From Solirubrobacterales bacterium (GTDB lineage Bacteria > Actinomycetota > Thermoleophilia > Solirubrobacterales > 70-9), in the NCBI GenBank assembly GCA_035296705.1, contig DATHAL010000041.1:16238-80237 (forward strand): a stretch of 64,000 nt of DNA. Direction: 5' to 3'. Below, in pieces: positions 35,690-45,828 of this stretch; the first letter of the stretch is position 1; each line of letters opens with the position of its first letter. The translations under genes and the position numbers were made by a program. The notes beneath the pieces were generated by a model, which saw nothing but the letters and a program-made list of their open reading frames with translations, was not told the origin of the DNA and did no database searches.

Positions 35690-36877
35690 TTGGCAGTTGA
35701 GGAGAGATCGGGTTTGAGCGAGCCGAGCGTCCGGCTCGAGCGGGTTACGAAGGCCTTCGGCGACCTCGTCGCCGTGCGCGAGATCGACCTCGACCTCGCC
35801 GACGGCGAGTTCTTCACCCTGCTCGGCCCCTCGGGCTGTGGCAAGACGACGACCCTGCGGATGGTCGCCGGCTTCGAGCAGCCGACCGATGGCCGGATCC
35901 TGATCGGCGGCGAGGACGTCGCCGGGCTGCCGGCGCACCGGCGGCCCACCAACACCGTCTTTCAGAGCTACGCGCTGTTCCCCCACCTGAGCGTCGGCGA
36001 GAACGTCGCGTTCGGCCTGCGGCGCAAGAAGGTCTCCACCGAGGAGATCGACCGCCGCGTGAAGGCGGAGCTCGAGCGCGTCGGCCTCGCCGCCGAGATC
36101 AACCGGCGGCCGAACCAGCTCTCCGGGGGTATGCAGCAGCGGGTGGCCCTTGCGCGGGCGCTCGTGAACCTGCCCAAGGTGCTGCTGCTCGACGAGCCGC
36201 TCGGTGCGCTTGACCTGAAGCTGCGCAAGGGACTTCAGATCGAGCTCAAGCGGATCCAGCGCGAGGTCGGGATCACCTTCCTCTACGTCACCCACGACCA
36301 GGAGGAGGCGTTGACGATGTCCGACCGGATCGCCGTAATGAACCGCGGCAGCTTCGAGCAGGTCGACACGCCCGAAGAGGTCTACGAGCGCCCCACGACG
36401 ACCTTCGTCGCCGGCTTCATCGGCGTCTCCAACCTGATGCCGGGCGAGGTCGTGCAGGCCAACGGGCCGACGTCCCGCGTCCGGCTCGACGCTGGCCTCG
36501 AGTTCGAGACCTCCACGAACGGCCGGATCGGCTCCGGGGAGCGCTGCCACGCGGTCGTGCGGCCCGAGAAGCTCAGCATCGAGCCGGCCTCCTCCTCCGC
36601 TTCGCGTCCGGGGGCAGCCGGGTCGTCCGAAGGACGTCCTTTCGTCGAGGGGATCATCGAGAGCTCGGTCTACCTCGGGACCTCGACGCAGATCGTCGTC
36701 AGGCTGCCGGGCGACGTGCCGATCACGGTGCTTGTTCCGAACGCCGACGAGGCTGAGCGGTCGCGACTGCCGGGAGGCGGCGCGACGGTGCGACTCTCGT
36801 GGGCGCCCGAGCACATCCACGTAGTCAAAGACTCGAGCTCGCCGAAGGCGGGGGCGGCTCAGGAAGGCGGGGCGTAA
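35690..36877 (+). CDS. ABC transporter ATP-binding protein, PotA-like (importer 2)
   Basis: Walker [34 protein letters not shown] at 35690 per ORF track. The in-frame TTG at 35714 has a better-placed GAGGAGAG upstream. Confidence 0.9.
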   Translation: MAVEERSGLSEPSVRLERVTKAFGDLVAVREIDLDLADGEFFTLLGPSGCGKTTTLRMVAGFEQPTDGRILIGGEDVAGLPAHRRPTNTVFQSYALFPHLSVGENVAFGLRRKKVSTEEIDRRVKAELERVGLAAEINRRPNQLSGGMQQRVALARALVNLPKVLLLDEPLGALDLKLRKGLQIELKRIQREVGITFLYVTHDQEEALTMSDRIAVMNRGSFEQVDTPEEVYERPTTTFVAGFIGVSNLMPGEVVQANGPTSRVRLDAGLEFETSTNGRIGSGERCHAVVRPEKLSIEPASSSASRPGAAGSSEGRPFVEGIIESSVYLGTSTQIVVRLPGDVPITVLVPNADEAERSRLPGGGATVRLSWAPEHIHVVKDSSSPKAGAAQEGGA

Positions 36878-38017
36878 ATGACCAAGGGGAAGCTTCTAAT
36901 CGCCGCATTGGCGACGCTCGTCGCGGCGCTGGTGCTTGCGGCCTGCGGCGGGGGCGGCGACGAGATTGGCGGCGGCAGCGAGAGCGAGGCCACGACCGTC
37001 GACGCCTCCGGAGAGCCATCGGGCGATCTCGTGATCTCGAACTGGCCGCTCTACATCGACAAGCAGACCGTCCCCGACTTCGAGAAGGCCTCTGGCGTCT
37101 CGGTCAAGTACATAGAGGACGTCAACGACAACGCCGAGTTCTTCGGCAAGTTGCAGCCCCAGCTCGACCAGGGTGAGTCGGGCGGACGCTCGATCTTCGT
37201 GGTCACCGACTGGATGGCGAAGAAGATGTACGACCTCGGCTACGTCCAGAACCTCGACAAGTCGGCGATCCCGAACGTCGAGGAGAACCTCCTGCCGAGC
37301 CTCCAGCACCCGTCCTTCGACGAGAACCGGGACTTCTCGGTGCCGTGGCAGGGCGGCATGACCGGGGTCATCGTGCGCACCGACCTGGCGCCGGACGTGC
37401 GCTCGATCTGCGACCTCTTCGATCCGAAGTACAAGGGCAAGGTCGAGATGCTCACCGAGATGCGCGACACCGTGCCGCTGGTGATGAAGTGCAACGGCGT
37501 CGACCTGGCCCAGGCGACCGAGCAGGACTGGCTCGACGCGATCGACAAGATCAAGCAGGCGGCCGACGACGGCCAGATCCGCCGCTTCACGGGCAACGAC
37601 TACGCCCGCGACCTGACGAGCGGCGACGCCGCGGCGGTGATCGGGTGGTCGGGCGACGCGGTCCAGCTCCAGGCAGACAACCCGAACATCGAGTGGCGGA
37701 TGCCGACCGAGGGCTGCATGCTCTGGTTCGACAACATGGTCATCCCGGTGGGCGCGCCGAACCCGACCGCGGCCGAGGCGTTCATGGACTACGTCTACGA
37801 CGCAAAGCACCAGGCGCAGATCGAGGAGTACGTGAACTACGTGACGCCGGTCTCGGGAACGAAGGAGATCATGCTCAAGCAGGACCCGGACCTGGCGAAC
37901 AATCAGCTCGTCTTCCCCTCCGACCAGTTCACCTCGAAGTGTGACTTCGCCCCGACGATCACGGGCGAGGAGGAGCAGAAGATCACGCAGGCGTTCGAAG
38001 CGGTGGTGAGCGGGTGA
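36878..38017 (+). CDS. PotD-like substrate-binding lipoprotein (importer 2)
   Basis: 379-aa ORF. Lipobox LVLAAC. Paralogue of the 18769..19913 product. Confidence 0.92.
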   Translation: MTKGKLLIAALATLVAALVLAACGGGGDEIGGGSESEATTVDASGEPSGDLVISNWPLYIDKQTVPDFEKASGVSVKYIEDVNDNAEFFGKLQPQLDQGESGGRSIFVVTDWMAKKMYDLGYVQNLDKSAIPNVEENLLPSLQHPSFDENRDFSVPWQGGMTGVIVRTDLAPDVRSICDLFDPKYKGKVEMLTEMRDTVPLVMKCNGVDLAQATEQDWLDAIDKIKQAADDGQIRRFTGNDYARDLTSGDAAAVIGWSGDAVQLQADNPNIEWRMPTEGCMLWFDNMVIPVGAPNPTAAEAFMDYVYDAKHQAQIEEYVNYVTPVSGTKEIMLKQDPDLANNQLVFPSDQFTSKCDFAPTITGEEEQKITQAFEAVVSG

Positions 38018-38044
38018 ACAACACAACCGTGAGCGCCTAGGAAC

Positions 38045-38920
38045 ATGGCAGGCGGGCGGCGACTGACGCCGTACTTCCTCCTCGGCCCGGGGATCGCCTG
38101 GCTGATCGTGTTCTTCGTCATCCCCATGTACTTCATGGGGAGGCTGTCGCTGTACTCCGGGACGCTCGAGACGGGCTTCTCCTTCGACTGGCACTGGGCC
38201 AACTTCAGCGACAGCCTGACCCTCTACGACGAGCAGTTTCTGCGCTCCTTCATCTACGCGGGCTCGGCGACCGTGCTCTGCCTGCTCATCGGCTACCCGC
38301 TCGCCTACGCGATCGCGTTCAAGGCGGGCAAGTGGCGAAACGCGCTGCTGTTCGTGGTGATCGCGCCGTTCTTCACGACATATCTGATCCGGACGCTCGC
38401 CTGGGAGACGATCCTCTCTGACCAGAGCCCGGTCGTCGACGCCCTCGACACGGTCGGGCTGACGTCGAGCGGGCGCGTCCTCGCCACCGGCCCTGCGGTG
38501 ATCGCCGGCCTCACCTACAACTTCCTGCCGTTCATGGTGCTGCCTCTCTACGCCAGCCTCGAGCGCGTGGACGAGCGGCTGATCGAGGCCGCGACCGACC
38601 TCTACGCCTCGGCGCGGACGGCGTTCCGCAAGTTGACTCTGCCGCTCACCATGCCGGGAATCGTCGCGGGGACCTTGCTGACCTTCATCCCCGCGGTCGG
38701 CGACTACGTCAACGCCTTCTTCCTCGGCGGCCCGAGCAACAAGATGATCGGCAACACGATCCAGTCGCTTTACCTGACCCAGCGCGACTACCCGGCGGCC
38801 GCCGCGCTCTCGTTCGTGCTCATGGCCGGAATCCTGGCGATCGTGTTCATCTACATCCGCTTCGCGGGCTCCGAGGCGCTCATGGGCGAGGAGGCCGAGC
38901 CGGCGGGGGCACGCGCATGA
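38045..38920 (+). CDS. ABC transporter permease (PotB-like)
   Basis: 291-aa ORF. Six-TM permease with EAA loop LERVDERLIEAATDLYASARTAFRKLTLPL. Confidence 0.92.
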   Translation: MAGGRRLTPYFLLGPGIAWLIVFFVIPMYFMGRLSLYSGTLETGFSFDWHWANFSDSLTLYDEQFLRSFIYAGSATVLCLLIGYPLAYAIAFKAGKWRNALLFVVIAPFFTTYLIRTLAWETILSDQSPVVDALDTVGLTSSGRVLATGPAVIAGLTYNFLPFMVLPLYASLERVDERLIEAATDLYASARTAFRKLTLPLTMPGIVAGTLLTFIPAVGDYVNAFFLGGPSNKMIGNTIQSLYLTQRDYPAAAALSFVLMAGILAIVFIYIRFAGSEALMGEEAEPAGARA

Positions 38921-39786
38921 GCTGGCTGCGGCGGAACGGAATCAGCGTCGTTGCCGGGCTGGCGATCGTGTACATGCTGCTGCCGATCGCAGTGATCATC
39001 TGGTTCTCGTTCAACGATCCCGCGGGCAAGTACAACTTCACCTGGGTCGGGTTCACGCTCGAGCACTGGAAGAACGCGTTCTCGATCCCCGAGCTCAACG
39101 ACGCGCTTCTGACCAGCATCGAGCTCGCGGCGCTGGCGACGCTCATCGCGACGGTCCTCGGCACGCTGATCGCAATCGCGCTCGTGCGCCACTCGTTCTT
39201 CGGCAGGCGGACGGCGAACTTCCTGATCGTGATCCCGATGGCGACCCCGGAGATCATCATGGGCGCGTCGCTGCTCTCGTTCTTCCTCATCCTCAACATC
39301 TTCAGCCTCGGGTTTCAGACGCTGCTGATCGCCCACGTCATGTTCTGCATCAGCTTCGTCGTCGTCGTCGTGCGCTCGCGGCTGATCGGCTTCGATCGCA
39401 GCCTCGAGGAGGCAGCCCGCGACCTCGGGGCCGACGCCTTCACCACATTCCGCAAGGTCACCCTGCCGCTGCTGATGCCGGGGATCGTCGGCGCGGCGAT
39501 GCTCTCGTTCGCGCTCTCGGTCGACGACTTCGTGGTCTCGAACTTCAACTCCGGGACCACGGTGACCTTCCCGCTCTACATCTTCGGCGCCGCGCAGCGC
39601 GGCATCCCGGTAGAGGTGAACGTGATCGCCACGATCCTGTTCGCGGTCACGGTCGCGGCGATGGGGTTCACGGTCTGGCAGCAGCGGCGCGCTGAGCAGC
39701 TCGCGGCGGTGCGCCCGGAGCAGGAGACGGAGCCCTTCGCGGGGACGCCGGCCTTCCCGCCTGCACCCGGCACGGCCGGCGGCTGA
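38917..39786 (+). CDS. ABC transporter permease (PotC-like)
   Basis: 289-aa ORF. ATGA overlap with the upstream permease. EAA loop FDRSLEEAARDLGADAFTTFRKVTLPL. Confidence 0.92.
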   Translation: MSWLRRNGISVVAGLAIVYMLLPIAVIIWFSFNDPAGKYNFTWVGFTLEHWKNAFSIPELNDALLTSIELAALATLIATVLGTLIAIALVRHSFFGRRTANFLIVIPMATPEIIMGASLLSFFLILNIFSLGFQTLLIAHVMFCISFVVVVVRSRLIGFDRSLEEAARDLGADAFTTFRKVTLPLLMPGIVGAAMLSFALSVDDFVVSNFNSGTTVTFPLYIFGAAQRGIPVEVNVIATILFAVTVAAMGFTVWQQRRAEQLAAVRPEQETEPFAGTPAFPPAPGTAGG

Positions 39787-39794
39787 GCTCCGCG

Positions 39795-40289
39795 TCAGTC
39801 GCGCTGGCGCAGCTCGCGCACCATCGGAGCCGCGAACCAGAACCAGCCGATGAAGGCGGCGAAGGCACCGACCACGACGGCGGTCAAGGTGGCGTCGTAG
39901 ACGAAGTGCGTGAGCAGCATCAGGACGCCGCATATCGCGCCGCCGAGGAAGATCATCCCGACGATCGCGAGCCGGTTCGCGGTGTAGACGACCCACTTCT
40001 TGTCGAGCTCGCGGAACCGCATCCGGTGCCGGGCGGTCGGCGCGATCAGGCAGGCGGAGGAAGCGGCGGTCAGCAGCAGGGTTACGTAGTAGACGGTCTG
40101 CTCGAAGTCCGTGACCTGTGCCCAGCCCTGCTGGAACGGCACCACCAGCAGGAACGCGAACAGGACCTGGATCCCCGTGAGCACGACACGGAGCTCCTGC
40201 ACCAGCTCGAGCAGATTGCGGTCCAGCCGTTCCTCCTCGGTCTCGTGGCGCCGCCGAGCTTGCTCCGAAGTTGCCTCTTCCTCCGCCAC
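39795..40289 (-). CDS. membrane protein, DUF6328-like
   Basis: 164-aa ORF. Charged N-terminus, then LLELVQELRVVLTGIQVLFAFLLVVPF and further TM helices. Family name is from memory. Confidence 0.7.
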   Translation of the reverse strand: MAEEEATSEQARRRHETEEERLDRNLLELVQELRVVLTGIQVLFAFLLVVPFQQGWAQVTDFEQTVYYVTLLLTAASSACLIAPTARHRMRFRELDKKWVVYTANRLAIVGMIFLGGAICGVLMLLTHFVYDATLTAVVVGAFAAFIGWFWFAAPMVRELRQRD

Positions 40290-40333
40290 CCGCGTGAACC
40301 TACCCGCTGCGCCCGGCCGCTAGCATCGCGCTC

Positions 40334-41836
40334 GTGGCCGACTTCGAGACCCGGCTCGTGATCGGCGGCGAGCGCACGGCGGGCGAGGGCGCCGAGATCG
40401 CGGTCGAGAATCCGTACACGGAGGAGACGATCGCCACGGTCCGGGCACCATCGTCCGAGCAGCTCGACGCGGCCGTCGCTGCGGGGCTCGAGGCGCAGCG
40501 CGCTTGGGAACGCACCCCGGCGGTGGAGCGCGGCGAGATGCTCCACGAGGTCGCCCGCCGGCTGCGCGAGCGCACCGACGAGCTCGCAGAGCTGATGACG
40601 CTCGAGGGCGGAAAGCCGCTGATCGAGAATTCCGACGAGGTGGGCTGGACCGCCGCTGCCTTCGACTACTACGCCGAGATCGGCCGCGACTCCGCGGGCC
40701 GTGTGATTCCCGCGATCGAGGCGACGCAGCTCTCGATGGTGGTGAAGGACCCGATCGGGCTCACCGCCTGCATCGTGCCGTGGAACTACCCGCTGCTCCT
40801 GCTCGCCTGGAAGCTCGCGCCGGCGCTTGCCGCCGGGAACCCGACCGTCTCGAAGCCCTCGGAGCTCACGCCGCTCTCGACGCTCGCCGCGGCCGCCTGC
40901 TTCGATCACCTGCCGGCGGGCGTCGTCAACGTCCTGTGCGGCGCCGGCGAGGTCGGTGCGGCGCTCGTCGCCGACGAGCGTGTCGAGTGCGTCGCCTTCA
41001 CCGGCTCGGTCAAGACCGGCAAGCGCATCGCGGCGTCCTGCGCGGAGCGGATCGCCCGCGTGAACCTCGAGATGGGCGGCAAGGACCCGTTCATCGTCTG
41101 CGCCGATGTCGCCGACCGGCTCGACGTCGCGGCGCGCGGCGGCGCGTGGGCGGCCTTCCTGAACGCCGGCCAGGTCTGCACCTCGGCGGAGCGCTTCTAC
41201 GTCGCGCGTGAGCTCTTCGACGAGTACCTCGGCGCCTTCGCCGACCACACCCGCGGGCTCGTCCTCGGCGACCCGATGGACCCGGCGACGGACGTCGGGC
41301 CTATGGTCTCCGCGGCGCAGCGCGAGAAGGTCGTCGCACAGGTGGCCGCGGCGGTCGACGCCGGCGCCGAAGTGGTGGTCGGCGGCGACGCCGGCGCTCC
41401 CGAGCGCGGCCACTTCTTCGCCCCCGCCGTCGTCACCGGCGCCCCCGCGGAGACCGAGCTCCTCAGCGAGGAGACCTTCGGACCGGTCGCCCCGCTCGTG
41501 CCGGTTCGCTCGCTCGACGAGGCGATCGAGTTCGCGAACTCGACCCGCTTCGGGCTCGGCGCGAACGTCTACACCAGCGACCTGAAGACGATGGTCCGCT
41601 GCATGCGGGAGCTCAAGGCCGGCACGGTGTGGTTCAACGACCCGCTCACCGACAACGACGCCGGCCCGTTCGGCGGCTTCAGGCAATCCGGCCTCGGGCG
41701 CGAGCTCGGGCGCGAGGGGCTCGAGGCGTTCCAGGAGACCAAGCACGTGCACGTCGAGACCGAGATCGCGCCGAAGGAGTGGTGGTACCCCTACGGCCGC
41801 GACGACCAAGCGCCCCGGGAGGGCGCCGGCGCGTGA
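40334..41836 (+). CDS. NAD(P)-dependent aldehyde dehydrogenase family protein
   Basis: 500-aa ORF. PWNYPLLLLAWKLAPALAAGN, LEMGGKDP, catalytic Cys context NAGQVCTSAERFYV, EETFGPV. Confidence 0.92.
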   Translation: MADFETRLVIGGERTAGEGAEIAVENPYTEETIATVRAPSSEQLDAAVAAGLEAQRAWERTPAVERGEMLHEVARRLRERTDELAELMTLEGGKPLIENSDEVGWTAAAFDYYAEIGRDSAGRVIPAIEATQLSMVVKDPIGLTACIVPWNYPLLLLAWKLAPALAAGNPTVSKPSELTPLSTLAAAACFDHLPAGVVNVLCGAGEVGAALVADERVECVAFTGSVKTGKRIAASCAERIARVNLEMGGKDPFIVCADVADRLDVAARGGAWAAFLNAGQVCTSAERFYVARELFDEYLGAFADHTRGLVLGDPMDPATDVGPMVSAAQREKVVAQVAAAVDAGAEVVVGGDAGAPERGHFFAPAVVTGAPAETELLSEETFGPVAPLVPVRSLDEAIEFANSTRFGLGANVYTSDLKTMVRCMRELKAGTVWFNDPLTDNDAGPFGGFRQSGLGRELGREGLEAFQETKHVHVETEIAPKEWWYPYGRDDQAPREGAGA

Positions 41837-42891
41837 CCCTGCGCGAAGCCGAGCAGCCCGCCGGCTCGCCGTGGCAGCGGCCGCTCGCCGGCACGCTCGA
41901 CACGCTCGTGGTCGAGTCGGAGCTCCTTGCCGACAACCCGCTCGGCGACCCCGCGACGCGGCCGCTCTACGTGTATCGCTCGCCGGGCGTCGAGCTCGAT
42001 CACCCGAAGCCGCTGCCGAGCATCTACTTCATCCAGGGCTACACGGGCCAGATCGACATGGTCTCCAACCGCGACGCCTTCGAGCCGACGATCATCGAGC
42101 GGATCGATGCGATGTTCCACGGGACGGAGACCCCCGCGGCGATCGTCGCTTTCGTCGACTGCTGGACGACGTACGGCGGCTCGCAATTCCTCAACTCGAC
42201 CGGCACCGGGCGCTACCAGGACTACCTCTGCGACGAGGTCGTCGCGTTCATCGATGAGCGCTACCCGACAGCCGCCGACCGCGACCACCGGGGCCTGACG
42301 GGGAAGTCGTCCGGCGGCTACGGCGCGATGGTCGTGCCGATGATGCGCCCGGACGTCTTCGGCGCGCTCGGCTCGCACGCTGGCGATGCACTGTTCGAGG
42401 TCTGCTACCTGCCGGAATTCCGCGAGGCCGCGCGCGTGCTCCGCGACGAGTTCGACGGCTCGCTGGACGTGTTCTTCGATCGGCTCGCCGAGGCCGACCA
42501 CTTCGACTTCGACAGGTTCGCGGCCCCGATCGCGGACTACGGGATGGCCGCCGCGTACTCGCCGGATCCGGAGCGGCCCGGGAAGGGCCTGCTCCCGTAC
42601 GAGATCGAGACCGGCCGGCTGATCGACGACATCTGGGAGCGTTGGCTCGAGCTCGACCCGGTGCGGATGGCGCCCCGGCACGCGGAGGCGCTCCGCTCGA
42701 TGCGCCGCATCTACCTCGACGCAGGTAAGTCCGACGAGTACTACCTCGACCTGGGCGCGCAGGCGTTCGGGCACGAGCTCGAAAAGCTCGGCGTCCAGCA
42801 CAGCCTCGAGCTCTTCGACGGAAAGCACGGCGGGATCTCCTGGCGCTACCCGCGCGCGGTCCGCGAGCTCGTCCTCGCGCTCTCGGACTGA
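41833..42891 (+). CDS. esterase-family alpha/beta hydrolase (enterochelin esterase / esterase D-like)
   Basis: GTG 41833 overlaps the aldehyde dehydrogenase stop (GTGA). PLYVYRSPG...LPSIYFIQGYTG..., nucleophile elbow GKSSGGYGA. Confidence 0.82.
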   Translation: MTLREAEQPAGSPWQRPLAGTLDTLVVESELLADNPLGDPATRPLYVYRSPGVELDHPKPLPSIYFIQGYTGQIDMVSNRDAFEPTIIERIDAMFHGTETPAAIVAFVDCWTTYGGSQFLNSTGTGRYQDYLCDEVVAFIDERYPTAADRDHRGLTGKSSGGYGAMVVPMMRPDVFGALGSHAGDALFEVCYLPEFREAARVLRDEFDGSLDVFFDRLAEADHFDFDRFAAPIADYGMAAAYSPDPERPGKGLLPYEIETGRLIDDIWERWLELDPVRMAPRHAEALRSMRRIYLDAGKSDEYYLDLGAQAFGHELEKLGVQHSLELFDGKHGGISWRYPRAVRELVLALSD

Positions 42892-42898
42892 GGCGCGG

Positions 42899-43090
42899 AT
42901 GACCGACGACCTGCGAAAGCGCCGCAACACGATCATCGCCGCCTCGGTCGGCGCATTCCTGCTCCCGCTCGCCGGACTCGTGGGCGCGATGCTCTTTTAC
43001 TCGAGCGAGGACCGCGACGCAGCGAACACCGTGTTCGGTGCCGCCGCCGCGGGCATCGTCTTCTACGCCCTTGTCCTGGTGATGCTCTGA
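42899..43090 (+). CDS. small two-TM membrane protein
   Basis: 63-aa ORF with two hydrophobic helices (IIAASVGAFLLPLAGLVGAMLFY, AAAAGIVFYALVLVML). Confidence 0.45.
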   Translation: MTDDLRKRRNTIIAASVGAFLLPLAGLVGAMLFYSSEDRDAANTVFGAAAAGIVFYALVLVML

Positions 43091-43092
43091 GC

Positions 43093-43272
43093 ATGGACGA
43101 GGAGCGGATCCCGGCCGCCAACGCGCTTCAGGCCTGCCGGCGCAAGCGGCGCTTCGAGACCGAGCGCGAGGCCGACGACGCGGCGTACAGGGCGCGGATG
43201 GAGGGTCGGCGCCTGGCGGTCTACCAGTGCGAGCTCTGCGCCGGCTGGCACCTCACCAGCCGCCGTAGCTAG
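43093..43272 (+). CDS. small basic protein with C-terminal CxxC...WH knuckle (hypothetical)
   Basis: Not in ORF track (59 aa). ATG 43093 to TAG 43270-43272. MDEERIPAANALQACRRKRRFETEREADDAAYRARMEGRRLAVYQCELCAGWHLTSRRS. The motif RxYxCxxCxxWHLTS resembles small conserved actinobacterial/phage proteins (from memory). Confidence 0.4.
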   Translation: MDEERIPAANALQACRRKRRFETEREADDAAYRARMEGRRLAVYQCELCAGWHLTSRRS

Positions 43273-44351
43273 GCCCCGGGCAGGAGCCTCAGCGGCTCGG
43301 GCCCGGCGGCCTCCGCCGGCGCCGGCTCGGCGAAAGAGGCGACCCGGACGCCGAGCAGGCGGACCGGCCGCGGCGGATCGTAGGCGCGCAGGAGCTCGCG
43401 GGCCGTAGTCGAGATCAGCGCCGCGGCGTTGGTGGGCCCGGCGACCGTGTGGGCGCGGGTCACCGTGGTCCAGTCGTCGAGGCGGACCTTGATCGCGATC
43501 GTTCGCCCGGCAAGCCCGCGCTGCCGCAGCCCCGCGGCGAGCCGCTCCGACTGCTCCGCGAGGATCGTCTCGAGCCGCGCGCGGTCGGAGATGTCGTAGT
43601 CGAATGTCGTCTCCACCGACTGCGACTTGACCTCGCCGTCGGCGACCGGCGAGTCGTCGCGGAAGTGGGAGCGATCGTGAAGCGCCTGGCCGTGGCTTGG
43701 CCCGAAGCGGCGGACGAGGTCGTCGACCGGATGGCGCTGCAGCGTCCCTAGTGTCTCGATCCCCATCGTGGCGAGGCGCTGGGCGGTCTTCGGCCCGACG
43801 CCGGGGATGAGGCGCGGCGCCTCGTCGGCGAACCGCAGCGCCGCGCGCTCGCGCGTCAGGACGACGAACCCGCGCGGCTTCTCGGCGTCGGAGGCGACCT
43901 TGGCGACGAGCTTGTTCGGGCCGATCCCGACTGAGGCGTCGAGGCTGAGCCGCTCGCGGATGGCGCGCACGAGCTCGCTCATCCGCGCCACCGGGTCGGC
44001 GAGCGCGGAGAGGTCGAGATAGACCTCGTCGAGCGAGACTCGCTGCGTCGGCACGCCGAGCGCCGCGACGAGTTCCATCACCTCGCCCGAGCGCTCGCGA
44101 TAGTGCGTCATGTCGACCGGCAGGTGGACGAGGTCCGGGCAGCGGCGCCTCGCGTGCGCGACTGGAATCGCCGAGCCCACCCCGAACGGACGCGCCTCAT
44201 ACGACGCGGTGGTCACCACCGCCCGCGGCCCGGTGCCGGCGACGATCACCGGCTTGCCGCGCAGCTCCGGTCGCCGCAGGAGCTCCACTGCGACGTAGAA
44301 CGCGTCCATGTCGAGGTGGGCGATCGAGCGACGCTCGGCCATCGAGAGCAT
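43269..44351 (-). CDS. dinB: DNA polymerase IV
   Basis: 360-aa ORF. IAHLDMDAFYVAVELLRRPELRGKPVIV, SLDEVYLDLS, Y-family polymerase layout. Confidence 0.93.
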   Translation of the reverse strand: MLSMAERRSIAHLDMDAFYVAVELLRRPELRGKPVIVAGTGPRAVVTTASYEARPFGVGSAIPVAHARRRCPDLVHLPVDMTHYRERSGEVMELVAALGVPTQRVSLDEVYLDLSALADPVARMSELVRAIRERLSLDASVGIGPNKLVAKVASDAEKPRGFVVLTRERAALRFADEAPRLIPGVGPKTAQRLATMGIETLGTLQRHPVDDLVRRFGPSHGQALHDRSHFRDDSPVADGEVKSQSVETTFDYDISDRARLETILAEQSERLAAGLRQRGLAGRTIAIKVRLDDWTTVTRAHTVAGPTNAAALISTTARELLRAYDPPRPVRLLGVRVASFAEPAPAEAAGPEPLRLLPGA

Positions 44352-44416
44352 CGTAGGTCGCCACCCGGCGGCGCCCTGGCAGCCGAGTGACGAGTCGCAG
44401 GCGTGGCCTCGGGTTC

Positions 44417-45814
44417 TCAGCGGCTCACGTGAATCCCGATCCGCTCCGGGATCGCGGCGATGGCGCGGATCAGCGCGCCGGGGCGCTCGTCGCGCTCCAG
44501 AGCCTCCTCCTTGCGCATGATCGCGCGGCGGATGATCGAGCCGCCGACGTAGCGAAACGGCTCCGGCGGGACGCGGAGCGGCGGCGGGTCGATGAGCGCA
44601 AGGCGAGTGGGCTCGTCGCGGCGGTCGAGGGCGAGCGAGGCGAGCGAGCGCCCGAGCATCTGCGAGGGGCCGACGCCGTGGCCGGTGTACCCGAAGGCGC
44701 AGTGCACCCCCGGCTCGCGCTCGAGGACGATCGGCAGGTGGCTCGGCGAGACGTCGATCGGGCCGCCCCAGGCGTGCTCGATCCGGCGCCCGGCGAGGTT
44801 CGGGAAGAAGCGCAGGAGGTGGCGCTCCACGGTGGCGATCACGCTCGGGTCAATCTCGGCGCGGCCGTTGGCGCGGGCGCCGAACCCGACCCTGCCCCCG
44901 CCCCAGCCGAAGGCGATGCGCCCGTCGGGGGTGGTGCGGAAGTAGTGGATCATCGCCCGGGAGTCGGTGACGCACTCGCCGCCGGTCCAGCCGATCCCCT
45001 CGAGCACGTCGGGCACCGGCTCGGTGATCACGATGTGGCTGGAGGTCAGCGTGAGCCGCAGGCGCATCCCGCGCATCCGCGCCAGCGCGCCGCCGGTCGC
45101 GACGACCGCCGCCCGCGCCCGCACCAAGCCGTGCTCTGCCTCGGCGACCACGTCCCCGCCGCGGCGCTCGACCCGCCGGATCGGCGTTCCCTCGAACACC
45201 TCGACACCGCGCTCGCGTGCGCGCAGCGCGAGGCCGCGCGCGAGGCGCGCTGGCTGCACCGTCGCCGCGCCCGGGTAAAAGACGCCGCCGCGGAAGATCG
45301 GTGAGGAGCAGCGGGCCGCGACGTCGGCCGGGTCGAGCTCGAGACACGCATCGGGCTCGCCGAGCTCGGCGCACGCCCGCGCAGCGCCCTGCCAGGCGCC
45401 GTCGTACGGTCGCGCGGTCGAAACCTGCATGTAGCCGGCGGGGGTGAACCAGGCTTCGATGGACTCGTCGCGACAGAACGCGCCGATCTCCGCCACCGAG
45501 CGCTGCGCCGCCCGGGCCACGGCGATCGCCTGGGTGTCGCCGAACCGCTCGCGTAGTTTCGGCAGGCTGAACCAGAGGCCGTTCACGAAGCCGCCGTTGC
45601 GCCCGCTGGGCCCGTCGCCGCAGCGCCCGGCTTCGCAGACGACCACCCGCGCCTCGGGCTCGAGGCGCTTCGCATGCCAGGCGGCCCACAGGCCGGTGTA
45701 GCCGCCGCCGACGACGACGACGTCGGCTCGCAGCTCGTCCTCCAGCGGCGGCGCCGGGGTAATCGGCGGCGCCTCCGTGAGCCAGTAGCCGCGGGCGGTG
45801 TGGCGCTCCGCCAT
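44417..45814 (-). CDS. FAD-dependent oxidoreductase (DAO family, gamma-glutamylputrescine-oxidase-like)
   Basis: Internal ATG 45814 of the merged ORF 44417..46681. MAERHTARGYWL...ADVVVVGGGYTGLWAAWHAKRL...GPSGRNGGF resembles PuuB/DAO-type N-termini. Confidence 0.88.
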   Translation of the reverse strand: MAERHTARGYWLTEAPPITPAPPLEDELRADVVVVGGGYTGLWAAWHAKRLEPEARVVVCEAGRCGDGPSGRNGGFVNGLWFSLPKLRERFGDTQAIAVARAAQRSVAEIGAFCRDESIEAWFTPAGYMQVSTARPYDGAWQGAARACAELGEPDACLELDPADVAARCSSPIFRGGVFYPGAATVQPARLARGLALRARERGVEVFEGTPIRRVERRGGDVVAEAEHGLVRARAAVVATGGALARMRGMRLRLTLTSSHIVITEPVPDVLEGIGWTGGECVTDSRAMIHYFRTTPDGRIAFGWGGGRVGFGARANGRAEIDPSVIATVERHLLRFFPNLAGRRIEHAWGGPIDVSPSHLPIVLEREPGVHCAFGYTGHGVGPSQMLGRSLASLALDRRDEPTRLALIDPPPLRVPPEPFRYVGGSIIRRAIMRKEEALERDERPGALIRAIAAIPERIGIHVSR

Positions 45815-45828
45815 CGAACTCGTGGTCG

